64,000 nt of DNA from Octopus bimaculoides. Its lineage: Eukaryota. Shown here in pieces: positions 40,918-53,088 of the stretch (position 1 is the stretch's first letter; every line of letters begins with the position of its first letter). The translations under genes and the position numbers were made by a program. Location: NCBI RefSeq assembly GCF_001194135.2, contig NC_068987.1:27778237-27842236 (forward strand), read 5' to 3'. The notes under the pieces were generated by a model. That model did not search any database, was not told where the DNA came from, and worked only from the letters and a program-made list of their open reading frames with translations.

Positions 40918-41035
40918 CTGAAATGCCTTCATATGTCCACCATCCCGTCCACATGGAGCCTTCAGCTATATGAATAAAGAAGAAAAGGAAATATAAGATA
41001 TATTTTGCCGAAATAAATCCGAATATTAACAACAT
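40918..41035 (-). CDS. CA10: First coding exon of a carbonic anhydrase-related protein 10-like (CARP) gene: signal peptide plus conserved N-terminus
   Basis: MLLIFGFISAKYILYFLFFFIHIAEGSMWTGWWTYEGIS(G): hydrophobic leader, A-E-G cleavage-type site, and WWTYEGISG, matching the WWTY(D/E)GISG start of invertebrate CARPs. Donor CAG|gtaaag at 40918 (phase 1). Acceptor ctgttattctattcctcag| at 41079, with an in-frame TAG just before the alternative ATG at 41062. Confidence 0.75.
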
Positions 41036-41343
41036 TTTACAATCTTGCCAGATTCCTGGCATCTAGTTTGCAAGACGTACTGAGGAATAGAATAACAGTA
41101 TGATTTTGGCATTATACATGCATACATACATTTGCATATATGCCGCAATAGCAGAAGAAGAACAGACAAATATGCACACAAAATTCATTTAAGAAAATAA
41201 ATTGATATTTATCTCGTTAGCAAAGGATGCTGTCCACTTTCTTTCATAATCTGTGTGTGTGTGCGTATATATATATATATATATATATAATGGCTAATAA
41301 ACCAATGGTTTACACCTGGTAGCTTACTGGAAAAGAACAGTCA

Positions 41344-41400
41344 CTTTCACAGTGATCGTTAGGTATATAGCAAATGAACCAGTTGTTGTGTGTCCCGCCC
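41344..41400 (-). promoter_or_regulatory. Candidate proximal promoter (GC box, then TATA-like, then CACTGTGAAAG) for the CARP gene
   Basis: GGGCGGG at 41394-41400 and TATATA at 41364-41369 on the minus strand. A donor-like cca|gtaagc lies near 41317. Confidence 0.3.
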
Positions 41401-41683
41401 ATGATCAATCGATGCTAGGTGTATCGAAACAATTGTTGTGATTTTTTCCTGTTATTAGGTTTTCTGTAAATGTTCCAGCAAAGAAGAATTAAGGTTTTGA
41501 ATTGACCTGAGATTCTGGATTTTCAAACACAACTCAAGCAAGTTTATTTTCTCACAAAGTTTCATACTGCCGGTAACCATTTTTTGATAACAGACTTGAG
41601 GAATGCTAGAGAATAGAGGCAGCAGCTTGACCAATGATACGTATGGTTTATTGTTGCTAACATAATATTGTAACGTAGTTACG

Positions 41684-43460
41684 CGTCGCCAATTATTGCA
41701 GTATCGCGACTATTTATGACGATGCATGTTCACACTATAACTGTGTAGCGACAATATTATATATAACGAAGCAGGGTAACAACAACCTAACAATCCAAGA
41801 AAGTCTCCACAAAATATACGTGTCAACAAACGATATTCCGACGAAATACCAAAACGACATCTTACGACTTTCTGCCTATACTCTCTCACAGAGACCACTA
41901 CTGTTTATAGTCGTTCATTCAAGTCTATTCTCACGGGGGGTGGGGGTCGTGACTCTCATCACAAGATCTCCTCTTTTGAGATTACAACTTCCGTAGGAAA
42001 CGAAATTTATTTTTTCGTTTTTTTTTCCAACACTTTTCGAAATATTGTTTCCCTAGGGAGTCCAATAACTTTTCCACGTAGGAATTATTTCTAAATATCC
42101 ATCCAATCTGTTTACGTTTTCTGTTACTGTTCTTGTAACCTCAATCTCTTTCGGTACTGGTACATCGAACATCTCGTAAAACACTGCCATCGGAACTTCC
42201 TTCCTTTTTCTGCATGCCTGATTTTTAATTGATTCAGGTGTCGTTTATGCTCCCACTTTAGCCTTTCATTAAATACACCATGTTTCCAATTTTTTTAGTC
42301 AACACACCATCCTGCCAACTCTTTTTACCGTTCTTGTATACTTTGAAATAGACTTTGGCTCCGACATCAAAATATTTACTTTAATTTTTTGTATTTTCTC
42401 TCTAAGTTTTTTTCCTTTGGCAACAATTTGTCGAAGATTGATTTAATCTTTTGGGCGAAAATTAGCTCTGCAAGTGACTTGCCTGAACTGGTATTCGGAT
42501 TTAACGTTATTCTGTACACACTTAAAAATTTAGTTAGCGCTTCATCATTTCCTAACTCGTTCCTTTCATTTTTTTAGCACTTGCTTGAAAGTATCTGCGA
42601 ATCATTCTGTTTACCCATTTGACTTCGAGTGGTAGGGTGGGGTAAACATATTCTCGATTTCATGCATTTTGCAGAATTTCTTGAACCCTTATCCTTTAAA
42701 TTATGTTCCATTATCCGATTCTATGCTGTCCGAAACACTGTATCGTGCAAAACGTTCGTGTAGAAAAAAACTTTATTGTTGCCTTCGAGGTAGGTTGACT
42801 GCACTTAGAAACTTCGGGCGTCTTCGAACAGCTATCAACAATGATGAAGTATAGTGCGTCATTCACTGGTCCAGCGTAGTCTATATGTACCCTGGACTAC
42901 AGACTATCCGTCTCACGCCACTATTGGTATTTCAGACAACCTCTACATGATTTTACCAAATTTTCAACGTCCCAGTCGGTTCCCGGCCAATACATGGAAC
43001 TCCTCATCAAAGCTTTCATTCTTGACATCTCTGGGTGTCCACTATGAAATTCATGTAATATCCGTTTCTGTAGTGCAGTTGGTACTACCATTATTTGTGC
43101 GTACATCGTCGCAGAGGGAAAATGGTTCGCATTCGTGTTTCACTTTTGTTTATTTTTTAAGGCTTCCTTAATTTTTATGATGTATTTGTCCTCCGCTGAT
43201 TTATTTTTTATATCTTATACAGTCACTGGTAACTCCTGAATAATGAGATTACACATAACGTTTTTAATTTCCTTTTCTGATACTAATGCGGCTATCAGCG
43301 TATTTCCCAACGTTTCCGCATTCTTCAGAATTAGCCTAGATAAACCATCTGCATGGCCAATTTATTTAGAAGGATTTTATTCCATCTTAAACTTGTTATT
43401 TAATAATATTGTACCCTAGCATTGAAATCCGTTGGTTGCATGGGGAGGAATTTGTTTTTC
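41684..43460 (-). mobile_element. Decayed Ty3/gypsy LTR retrotransposon: RNase H end, integrase, PPT and probable 3' LTR
   Basis: KQIPPHATNGFQC*GTILLN..HADGLSRL; RILHEFHSGHPEMSRMKALMRSSMYWPG..CRGC (HHCC); FIIVDSCSK..SDNGT*F..PPYHSKSNG..DTFK (catalytic core). PPT aaaagaggaga at 41977-41967. LTR roughly 41966-41697. Confidence 0.88.
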
Positions 43461-44636
43461 TGTTGGTTGTTTATTGAGATATTTAACATCAGAAATGAAC
43501 CAATAGAAAAAGTTCGTAAACAAATGTGCAAATGCTTTAAGTTAATTGTATTTGTGTTTGTCGTTTTTTTGTATGCCTTATTTGTAGATATTTTGTAGGT
43601 TTGCCAAAGTATAGAAATGTTCAGTGAGCATGACCTAAGTCAGTACAATAAAAAGTCGAAGTCACATCAATCGCAGAAAGATAGAGTGGTCGATAAGAAA
43701 CAGTACTTTGGTATAGGTGATGATGATTTCAAGAAACATATTATACTTATGACTCATCATTTTGTGCATATAGATAAAAGAAATGCTCTTTCTGTATACC
43801 AAAAAGGATGCACATCCTGCTCAAGTCTGAGGGATATACATGCACAGAATAACAAAATAAATAGTAGTACTCACATGACGCTTGCTGTATTGTGAAACTT
43901 GACTAGTGAGAAAAGAATTCAATTGAAGTAAGTCATATACTCTAAACTATGTACTGAGTATAATTTTCTCCATTCGATGACAGAGAATAATGTGAGTGTG
44001 GATGTATTTATACATATTAAATCCATACGTAATAATGAAATAACGAATCAGTCAATAAGACTTAAGTTTTTCATTGAAATATTTGCCGTAATCTACAAAC
44101 TACTTAGCTAATTCACAAAGGTTGTAAATATTTCTAAGGTAATCAGCTTGACGAGGTGACGTATATGAAGTCAATTTAAAATATGACTATTCAACTTCCA
44201 TTACAGATGACAACATAAAACATTAGAAAATTCAAATTTACTCTGGATCAGGAATTAAAATTAAGTGTTCTGTACATAAAACGAAGTAAATTCAAAATAT
44301 TCTGTCTAATGAAATTTTATTTTAGTATGTTTATATGCAATATTTTGATATATTCCAGTCCTTATTTTAATAGGAAACAGACTTATATTTTCATTTCGTC
44401 TTTACTTTCCCATATTAGAATTTTTGGTGCCAAACAGCTATATCTCGTACATTTGATTATTTCTTGGAATATTAAACCATTAATAATGAATGATTACAAA
44501 GAACATCAGCTGATTCGTGAAAACAAGAATGTACAGTATTTTGCTGCATGTAAAATCAAGCTTTATCTGATATGCCACTCTCCTCACTATCCTATAAGAA
44601 ATTAGTGACATATGGATTTTGCTACAATCTCCTTAT

Positions 44637-44810
44637 CTTTCACAGTGGCTGAGCGTGTACTATAATGCGGGTGGTGCGATGGAAAACCTCAATGAAGACA
44701 ACAACACCGCGTATCTATGCGAGGGCAAACTAAGGTCACATACACAGGTGAGCCCGCCCACGGTGGATGTCCTTTCATTGGTCGGGATGCACACTGTGTT
44801 CACTGATTGG
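44637..44810 (-). promoter_or_regulatory. Candidate distal promoter: two CCAAT boxes 29 bp apart plus a GC box
   Basis: Minus strand CCAATCA (44810) and CCAATGA (44781), GGGCGGG (44759-44753), locally raised GC/CpG, oriented toward the CARP exon 3.6 kb away. Confidence 0.45.
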
Positions 44811-45539
44811 TACAATTTCAAATCAATTTTTTCTTAGCAGAGACTCTCTCTTACTCTCTTTTTTACTTGTTTCAGTCATTTTTACATGTTTCAGTCGTTT
44901 GTATAAATGTACAAATGAAGAATAAGTATAAATATACAAATAAATATTCTAACATTGCCAACTCTTTAAAGCTTGCAATGTTTGAATGGAAAACAATACC
45001 TCACAATAGAACGAAAATTAATTCATGTAGACAAGAATTGGCGTTGTTAACTGCAGATGTTATATTTTCATCGACATCATGCGATGCTGAAACTGGGTTG
45101 ACGCTTGTGTGTGTGATTCGAGAATGGACATAATTTGCTGAAAAGCACACCGGTAATTAAGACAAAAGTTACTATATTTATAATGGATCATTAATATCAA
45201 ACAATTTGGGATACGTTCTTTGGCTCACAATTATATTTTAACTCCGAATAATGGTAAGATAGATGATGGTTCTCTCATCCCCCTGTAACTCTTATTTCAC
45301 CACCACCCCTCACACAATAGCTAACATATTCTGGGATAAGTACGTATTCTATTACGATTCTTATTTATTCCCAGACGCATTTCTCTTCAAATATTTTAAT
45401 GTATACATATTGTACTGTGTATGCTTAAAGATTATTATCATGTATAAGATGATCGCTTTATTTCTCGGATTCTCTTTCTCTTTTCTTCTTTCAGAGAACT
45501 CTCTCAGAACGCATTGTCACTTTGCTACAAGAAAATCCT

Positions 45540-45740
45540 TTCTACAACCGACACGAGGCCTGGAATTTGGGTGGGGGAGGTGCAGCTTGAGTACATCAAT
45601 CCCAGTACTTGGCTAGTGCTTGTTTAATCGACTACGAATGGATGCAAACCAAAGTCGGCTTCGACGAAGTTTGAAATCAGAATGTAAAAACGGACGAAAT
45701 ACTGCAAAACGTTTTGTCCGGTTTGTTAACAACCTTCTTT
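45540..45740 (-). mobile_element. Decayed family-B SINE
   Basis: ccagtacttggctagtgcttgtttaatcgac..caaagtcggcttcgacgaagtttgaaatcagaatgtaaaaacggacgaaatac aligns to 4290-4420. Confidence 0.7.
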
Positions 45741-45989
45741 GTTCGCCGTCTTTCCAACATGGAAATCAATAGTAAAAATTAATTTCGCTCTAATAGGGTT
45801 TCGTATTTCAAGCTTTCCAGAAAAGCATTACTTTTTAACGAGTGGTATTGCTTATGTGTGAATGTGTGTGTGTGTACATGTGTATATATGTATGCATATA
45901 CATATGTGTATGTGTGTGCGTGCGGGTGTCTATATGTATCTACGTACGTGAGAACGTGTGTATGGTTGTGTATGCATGAATTTACTACC

Positions 45990-46125
45990 TCAATTCAAAA
46001 TCCGCTAGGATCGACTTTGCCGGTAATTCTCTCAGGATCGATAAAAAAAAATGCAATCTGTGAACTGGAGTCGAGGTAATCGACCAGGCTCCTCCTTCAA
46101 AACTTCAGGTTTTGAGCCTATAGTT
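45990..46125 (+). mobile_element. Decayed family-B SINE fragment
   Basis: ttcaaaatccgctaggatcgactttgcc..ggatcgataaaa..ctggagtcgaggtaatcgac. Confidence 0.55.
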
Positions 46126-46549
46126 AAGTGAATTTTTATTTTGTTACTAAAACCTTGTTATCTTTCTCATTCTTTCCTTTTTTTTTTTGTCGCACTCGAT
46201 GTTTTCTTTTCTCAATTGATTGTTCAATGCGTCAAACCAATTCTTACAATTTCTTATTTCTTCCATGTTGTTCTATTTTGTTTCTGATTGCATGGAGTTT
46301 ACATTATGTACGAATGCATGATGTACGTATGTGTGTGTGCATGTACGTGTGCGCGTGTGTCTGTGTATATGCAAGGGAAAGTCAATTTATGAGTGTATGA
46401 GCCAGTAGAGGCCGTGGATATCTAGGGCTATTCCAAGCTATTGTCTATACCAAAAATTAAGTATTGGGGGACACTACTCCCAACTGGTAAAGCACTATTC
46501 GATGGGTAGATGGAGAACCAGTCCACCAAGAGATTATAGCCAAAATGAT

Positions 46550-46676
46550 GATGAGCGTTTTTAACTGAATAGAGTGGATCAGTTTGAAATACAGTTCCAA
46601 ATTCTAGGAAACAACGTACAACATACATTAGGAATCATACGATTGTGAACTCCAAAGTCTAACCACTAGGCCATGC
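46550..46676 (-). mobile_element. Decayed family-A SINE head
   Basis: Minus strand gcaTGGCCTAGTGGttag..cacaatcgtatgattcc..gttgtttcctag..gatccactctattcag. Confidence 0.6.
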
Positions 46677-48343
46677 TGTATTCTGTAACATATATTAATC
46701 TTTACATATGTATGCTTAAATACACACATGCATACGGAGGCAGGGTATATAAGTGTATATAAATTTTAATACACACATTTTATATACATGCCTATATAAT
46801 ACATACATACCTCGTACCACCCACTGAAACCGATAAGGTTAGTATTAGGGCTACTGGTAACCTTGAAATCATAAACGCTTCCTGTAAACAGCTTACTAGT
46901 GCGGGCGTTTACAAGGCATAAAATATGTGACTGATTCTAACCTCTGCAACGACACTCTACAAAGGGCTAATGTAATAGTAAATGGTAAAAGGAATTAGTT
47001 TTTTTGGGGTTTTTTTTTCTGAAACACATTATCCCGAAATGCCAGCGATGTTCTGAGGAGTCACTCTCAATAGTATTAACAAAGGAGCGCAATATAAAAT
47101 GATTTACGAACTATTATCCAGGTGCATGCATAGAACTAAACACGCGATCACATACTACAATGTAAACCACACCTAACTGAAGCAAACCTAACACCCAGAA
47201 CCCACATTAATCTCCCTAATTTAAAACCTCATAAACTGTAACCATGAAACATTGAAGAAGAACCGTATACGAATAGCATTTATTTATACATGTAACTTTA
47301 AATTCAGTTATGTATATATATATATATATATATATGTATATAAGTATGAATATACGTATGCATATATGTGAGTGTATGGGTGTGGGGGTACTTGTCTGGG
47401 TCTATGTATGCATCTATATGCAACTATATGCATGTTGTATGTGTGTNNNNNNNNNNNNNNNNNNNNNNNNNNNNNNNNNNNNNNNNNNNNNNNNNNNNNN
47501 NNNNNNNNNNNNNNNNNNNNNNNNNNNNNNNNNNNNNNNNNNNNNNNNNNNNNNNNNNNNNNNNNNNNNNNNNNNNNNNNNNNNNNNNNNNNNNNNNNNN
47601 NNNNNNNNNNNNNNNNNNNNNNNNNNNNNNNNNNNNNNNNNNNNNNNNNNNNNNNNNNNNNNNNNNNNNNNNNNNNNNNNNNNNNNNNNNNNNNNNNNNN
47701 NNNNNNNNNNNNNNNNNNNNNNNNNNNNNNNNNNNNNNNNNNNNNNNNNNNNNNNNNNNNNNNNNNNNNNNNNNNNNNNNNNNNNNNNNNNNNNNNNNNN
47801 NNNNNNNNNNNNNNNNNNNNNNNNNNNNNNNNNNNNNNNNNNNNNNNNNNNNNNNNNNNNNNNNNNNNNNNNNNNNNNNNNNNNNNNNNNNNNNNNNNNN
47901 NNNNNNNNNNNNNNTATATATATATATATATATATCTGTGTGTGTGTGACTCTGTCGATCTGCTTTTATGTCTTTATGCATATGCAGGAGCATAAAACTA
48001 TTTGACTAAGTATTAATCTTCTTTCCTCCTTCTACTTTCTTTTTCCTCTAAGTAGTTATGACAGCCAAAGCTGATTAGGTCATATTATCTAAACTAGAAC
48101 GCAAGATTTCCACGTTCATATTTGAATTTTTTGGCATTTCTGTAATATTATTTAGTTTTATTCCTTCCGTAACTTGATGGGCATATAACAAGCCAGCCGA
48201 CACTAAAAAAATACGTAGTAAAACATATTGTTATCGATGTACCTAATGAGACCCAGACTGATGGGTCGAAAGATGTTGGACCCAATAAAGGTTTAATACT
48301 GAACCTATCTTCTCTTAATTAATATTATATATATTTTATATAT

Positions 48344-48560
48344 GCATGACTCAGTGGTTATATCGTCTGGTTCACAATCATAAGGTAGTGAGTTAGTTTC
48401 CCGGACCGGGCTGCTGCATTAGCCTTTGCCCTTCCCTTAGATAGCATCTGTGGCGTGGAGAGGGGAGGCTGGTGTGTATGGACTTCTGATGTTCTTCCAT
48501 ATACACTGTTTCCCATACTTCTGCCTGGGAGGGTAACTTTGTAGGTGCCAACCCATGGTC
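48344..48560 (+). mobile_element. tRNA-headed SINE (family-A-like head, different tail), internally deleted
   Basis: gcatgactcagtggtt (box A), gtgagttagtttcccggaccggg (box B region), then gtggcgtggagaggggaggctgg...gggagggtaacttt. Confidence 0.7.
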
Positions 48561-48573
48561 ATACATATATATA

Positions 48574-49100
48574 CTCCTTACTCTCTCTCTCTTTTACTCT
48601 TTTACTTGTTTCAGTCATTTGACTGCAGCCATGCTGGAGCACCACCTTTAGTCGAGCAAATTGACCCCAGGACTTATTCTTTGTAAGCCTAGTACTTATT
48701 CTATCAGTCTCTTTTGCCGAACCGCTAGGTTACGGGGACGTAAACACACCAGCATCGGTTGTCAAGCAATGTTGGGGGACAAACACAGACACACAAACAT
48801 ATACACACACATACATATACATACATATACATANNNNNNNNNNNNNNNNNNNNNNNNNNNNNNNNNNNNNNNNNNNNNNNNNNNNNNNNNNNNNNNNNNN
48901 NNNNNNNNNNNNNNNNNNNNNNNNNNNNNNTATATATATATATATACGACGGGCTTCTTTCTGTTTCCGTCTACCAAATCCACAGGCTTTGGTCGGCCCG
49001 AGGCTATAGTAGAAGACACTCTCCCAAGGTGCCACGCAGTGGGACTGAACCCGGAACAATGTGGTTGGTAAGCAAGCTACTTACCACACAGCCACTCCTA
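48574..49100 (-). mobile_element. Family-C SINE with an assembly gap inside its internal microsatellite; followed by (TAGA)n at 49102-49152
   Basis: Reverse complement of the 38404-38821 copy; gap 48834-48930. Confidence 0.92.
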
Positions 49101-49101
49101 T

Positions 49102-49152
<51 letters not shown>

Positions 49153-52100
49153 CAACCCTTAGTTTCTCAGAATCGAAGGCATGGCCTCTCTAAAATAAAT
49201 GCAAAATTTGTCAAAGCATTTTCATTCAAAATTCTCCGAACGTTTAAAATATTTAAAATGTAGTGTACGTATCTCGTTCCAATACAAGAAGACATACTGC
49301 CTGCATGAGATAGATATTTCAGTGTCAGGTTTTATAGATAACTCTCAGACCAGATTAATGACATAGTTTTCCAAACCATATTCATGTATTTTGAATTACA
49401 TTAGCAATTTCATCATCAAGGGTTGCATCTGCCTTTAATATGAGTTGGTTTCCTATGCAGAATGTATATATGACTTTATGACGAACAAATATATGTTCAT
49501 ATTACCATACATCCATATTGTATAATGCATACGATGGCAGGGTTGTTAAAATATAAGATTTATCGATATTTGCTGGGAGGTCCACCTCCTTACAAGCAGT
49601 GAAATTTTGATGTTTTTAAGATCGTCTTTAGAGTGTGTATGACAGCATCAATGTGGTCAGCTTTTGTGGGAGTATGTATTTTTGTGTATGTGTGTGTGCA
49701 CGTGCGTGTCTCCTCTTGAGTTCCCACAAAGTAATTTCATATTGAATTGCTAATTCTTGTTTTCCATATATTTCCTGGTATATTTTGTCTATCGCCAGAG
49801 TAGTGAAATTTTAATTGCAGTAGACTAAGCATAGTGATTCATTTAACCATATATTATAATACTGTACGAACTATATTTCAAATTGGCTTTTCAAAAATTA
49901 TGTATGCGATAGTAATATGAATCAAGTTATTGGAAATGATAATTGTTGTTTTACGTTTTTCGTGCCAAACGTTTCATAGAATTGTGAATCACTTCAAAAT
50001 GATTTCGAATGCCATATCATATATCTAATTTATTCAAGTTTAATTCAATACAATATTACTCTGAGGATCAGCGATGAGATTTAAGAACCAAAATTAATTT
50101 AGCCACGAAATATGATACACAACATACTAGAGAGAAAAATAGCTCGTAATGAAACAAAAATATCTAGTGAATCACAGTTTTACGTTCAAATGTAATGTGC
50201 AAAATATTGTTTCATATATTTAGCATATGATACACCAACTTGTATCTCAAGGCACTTTCTGCTATACGGCTACACTGGCAATGAAAAAGATCTGTAATGC
50301 GAAACAGCATTAAAGTGGATATTTTGAAATCAACTTTGATCAAATTTATCATATTAGTCTTACTCATATATTTCTGAAGTATTTTACCTTACGATAAATT
50401 AGTTAGACTTAATTCACAGCCTATGAAGTTATTTTCCTGAAATCAGGGACCAAGAAATACTTTGTTAGATGGTTATGCTCCTTTATCTCAGCCCAAATTT
50501 AAATAACGTCTTCTGAACCTATATATATCCATTACGTTAAATTTAGTGTTGAAACTATTAAAGTATACAACATATAGTGGCGCTTAATACTTAAAGAATA
50601 TGAAGAAAAAATTAATTAGTTTATAATCGCTCAAAAATCTATTAGAATTTAAACTTACGCACGTAATTATCAGAAATCTATTTTCATTTAGATGAAATAG
50701 AAATTATTTCTCATGAAATTATAAACTTACCCAATATACTACCCTTTAATCTTGTGTGAGTCTTAAATAGTTTAAAATACCGTAATTTTCCTTTTGTTTC
50801 AATTAATAGATAAGTAAAATCTTAATGAAACCGCGATATGTAACGAGATTATTAATTTTCTAAAGCGATCCATCGAAGCACCATTCTTACAAATACGTTC
50901 GTCAATTTGTAAACCTACTGACATTATCGTAGCTGTTACTTTATGTGATGTATAATTAATACTTAATTCATGTTTAATAATAACTGCTGAGAATTACACA
51001 TAATCCATTTCCTATGCTAACACACCTGGTTCTTGATTGTCTTTATCCGAAGTTTTCAGTCTATTGATAACTCGATATCTTTGTGGTTTGCTTTCAGCAG
51101 TAGTTATTGTGGTTTATTTCCTACCAAATACACTTACCTACAGATGTCAGAGGACTATCAAATGGTACGGGAGCTATTCTTTCTCCGCTAATTAAAACAC
51201 AAGAATAATACATTGTATTACAAATTTAAACTGGATAAAAGATTTAGCTATCTTATAGCAAAAAGTAAGTGAAGCTATTAGACTACCAACATGCTGAATC
51301 TCATCTTTTGTCTCTGAAGATTTCTATTTTATTTTAGAGGAAATTTCCTCCAGCCAACCTTTTATAGCGGGAATGTCTTTAATGATTATATGTGTATACT
51401 CAAGCAAGCTTTATATGCATTATTACATCGTGACATTTGTTTAAGAAGAAAAGTCAATTTAGTTATGCATTTAATAAATTATCTATGTAATATTTGTGTG
51501 ATTTTGTATTTGGGATACATAAGATCAAATTATTAGGAATAACTTAATTACCACAACAACTGATAGTTTGCATTATTAAATGTAAGCGTTCCAGACATAA
51601 TTTAATTTGAATTTATAGATAAACTTCATTTCAGTTTAATGAACACATGTAATACTCTTGTAGAAAACGTTTTCCAGACATTTCAAAATTAAGTTCACTG
51701 ACCAACATATAGAGTAAATCAGGATGGAAAATCAATCAGTGACGAAGTTCCAGCACGCTATAGACATTAAACACTGGAGTCAGTCTATTAGTCTCAGAAG
51801 TCCACCACTAAGGCTAATAAAGGTTATTTTCACTATTTGATAGGAGGAACTAAAATCATTAGAACATACTACTGTAGATTCAATCGATATAAGCCGGATA
51901 CTTTATTTTTATATATATTAACATTTTTCATATCACATAAATCGTTGCATTCTCTTAAAATCTAGTCAATAAATTCATCAGATTGTTACAACAGTCTGAG
52001 GGAAGCGTTTGTCCTCAAATTTATCATGTATCTAATAGAAGTCCTATTTTGATGTTCAAATAATCGGGGTCGGTTGACGGGAGTACTTAGTAGTGTAGAA

Positions 52101-52463
52101 ATATAGATATCATTATAAACATTTCTAGCGTTTACTTTCCTATAAATTTCGCAATTATTGCAATATGAATTCTTTACGTATGTATGCATCTATATAGTAG
52201 CAGGTATAAAACCGCATGTGTAGATATTTATGGGACTATATCTTCCATGAATATATTCCTGCACACTATTCTGCTGTTAATATATCTGCATGTTAGTAAC
52301 TTCTTATAACTGATATTAATTTTATAATTACTCATAACCCACATGTTCAATATGGTTTGGAGTTTGATACGGCACAGATGATGGTTAATCCAGATGACGA
52401 ATACCTTAGTATAAGAAACAGAATATTTGAAAACGTGTGACCTGTGCATAGACATATATTTAT

Positions 52464-52505
<42 letters not shown>

Positions 52506-52614
52506 CATAATGACGTACGCATATATATAACAAAGTAAAGTTGTAAGATACCGCACGAGGGGAAATATATATGAAAGAAGGTTTGAAAATGCAATTTTAA
52601 AGATATTTATTCAC

Positions 52615-52853
52615 TTCGCTTGCTGAGGGCGGGGTGCGTTAGCCCGACTCCATCAGTTAGCCGTACCTGCGCTTTCGTGGAGCGACAGGCCCGGTTGAGA
52701 GAAGCGCGTGGGTCCCGATGCCGGCGGTGGCAGGGGCGCTTATCTGTGACCTGCGGACGCCGCGCGCCTACCAGCCCGACGGAACCGGGACGCGACGTCG
52801 GATCGGAGATGAAGTGCGTCCGATGCCGGCGCCCCGGAAATCGAGTGCCGACG
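52615..52853. other. Unassigned GC/CpG-rich island (about 69% GC) fused to a SINE body
   Basis: 158 G+C counted in 52621-52850 (230 nt). Hairpins and an internal 14-15-nt repeat. No recognisable protein. Confidence 0.8.
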
Positions 52854-53088
52854 TATATATGTATATATATATATGTGTGTGTGTATATGTTTGTGTGTCT
52901 GTGTTTGTCCCCCCCCCCAACATCGCTTGACAACCGATGCTGGTGTGTTTACGACCGATAGAATAAGTACTAGGCTTACAAAGAATAAGTCCTGGGGGTC
53001 GATTTGCTCGACTAAAGGCGGTGCTCCAGCATGGCCACAGTCAAATGACTGAAACAAGTAAAAGAGTAAAGAGTAAAGAGTAAAGAGT
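52848..53088 (+). mobile_element. 3' half of a family-C SINE (head absent; about 30-bp internal deletion)
   Basis: Starts at ccgacgtatatatg (compare ccgtcgtatatatg at 38561) and ends with an (AAAGAGT)n tail. It lacks tccccgtaacttagcggttcggcaaaaga. Confidence 0.92.

Noticed and set aside
46428-46628. Minus-strand ORF as a CARP upstream or terminal exon
   Set aside because: It overlaps a decayed family-A SINE (box A at 46676-46660); the apparent acceptor is SINE sequence.
1320-49100. tRNA genes at box A/box B sites
   Set aside because: Every box A/B pair continues into a SINE body and none gives a full cloverleaf.
51138-51187. Minus-strand 50-nt exon with a strong donor (GERIAPVPFDSPLTSV) as an upstream coding exon of the CARP gene
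   Set aside because: The CARP exon already contains its own ATG and signal peptide behind an in-frame stop, and equally good gtaagt sites occur nearby by chance (50654, 50725). It could only be a UTR exon, which is unproven.
52621-52700. HDV-like or twister ribozyme within the GC island
   Set aside because: cgc-tccacg-aaa-gcg resembles P3/L3, but there is no P2 5' strand between P1 and P3, so it folds as a simple hairpin. The twister core is absent.
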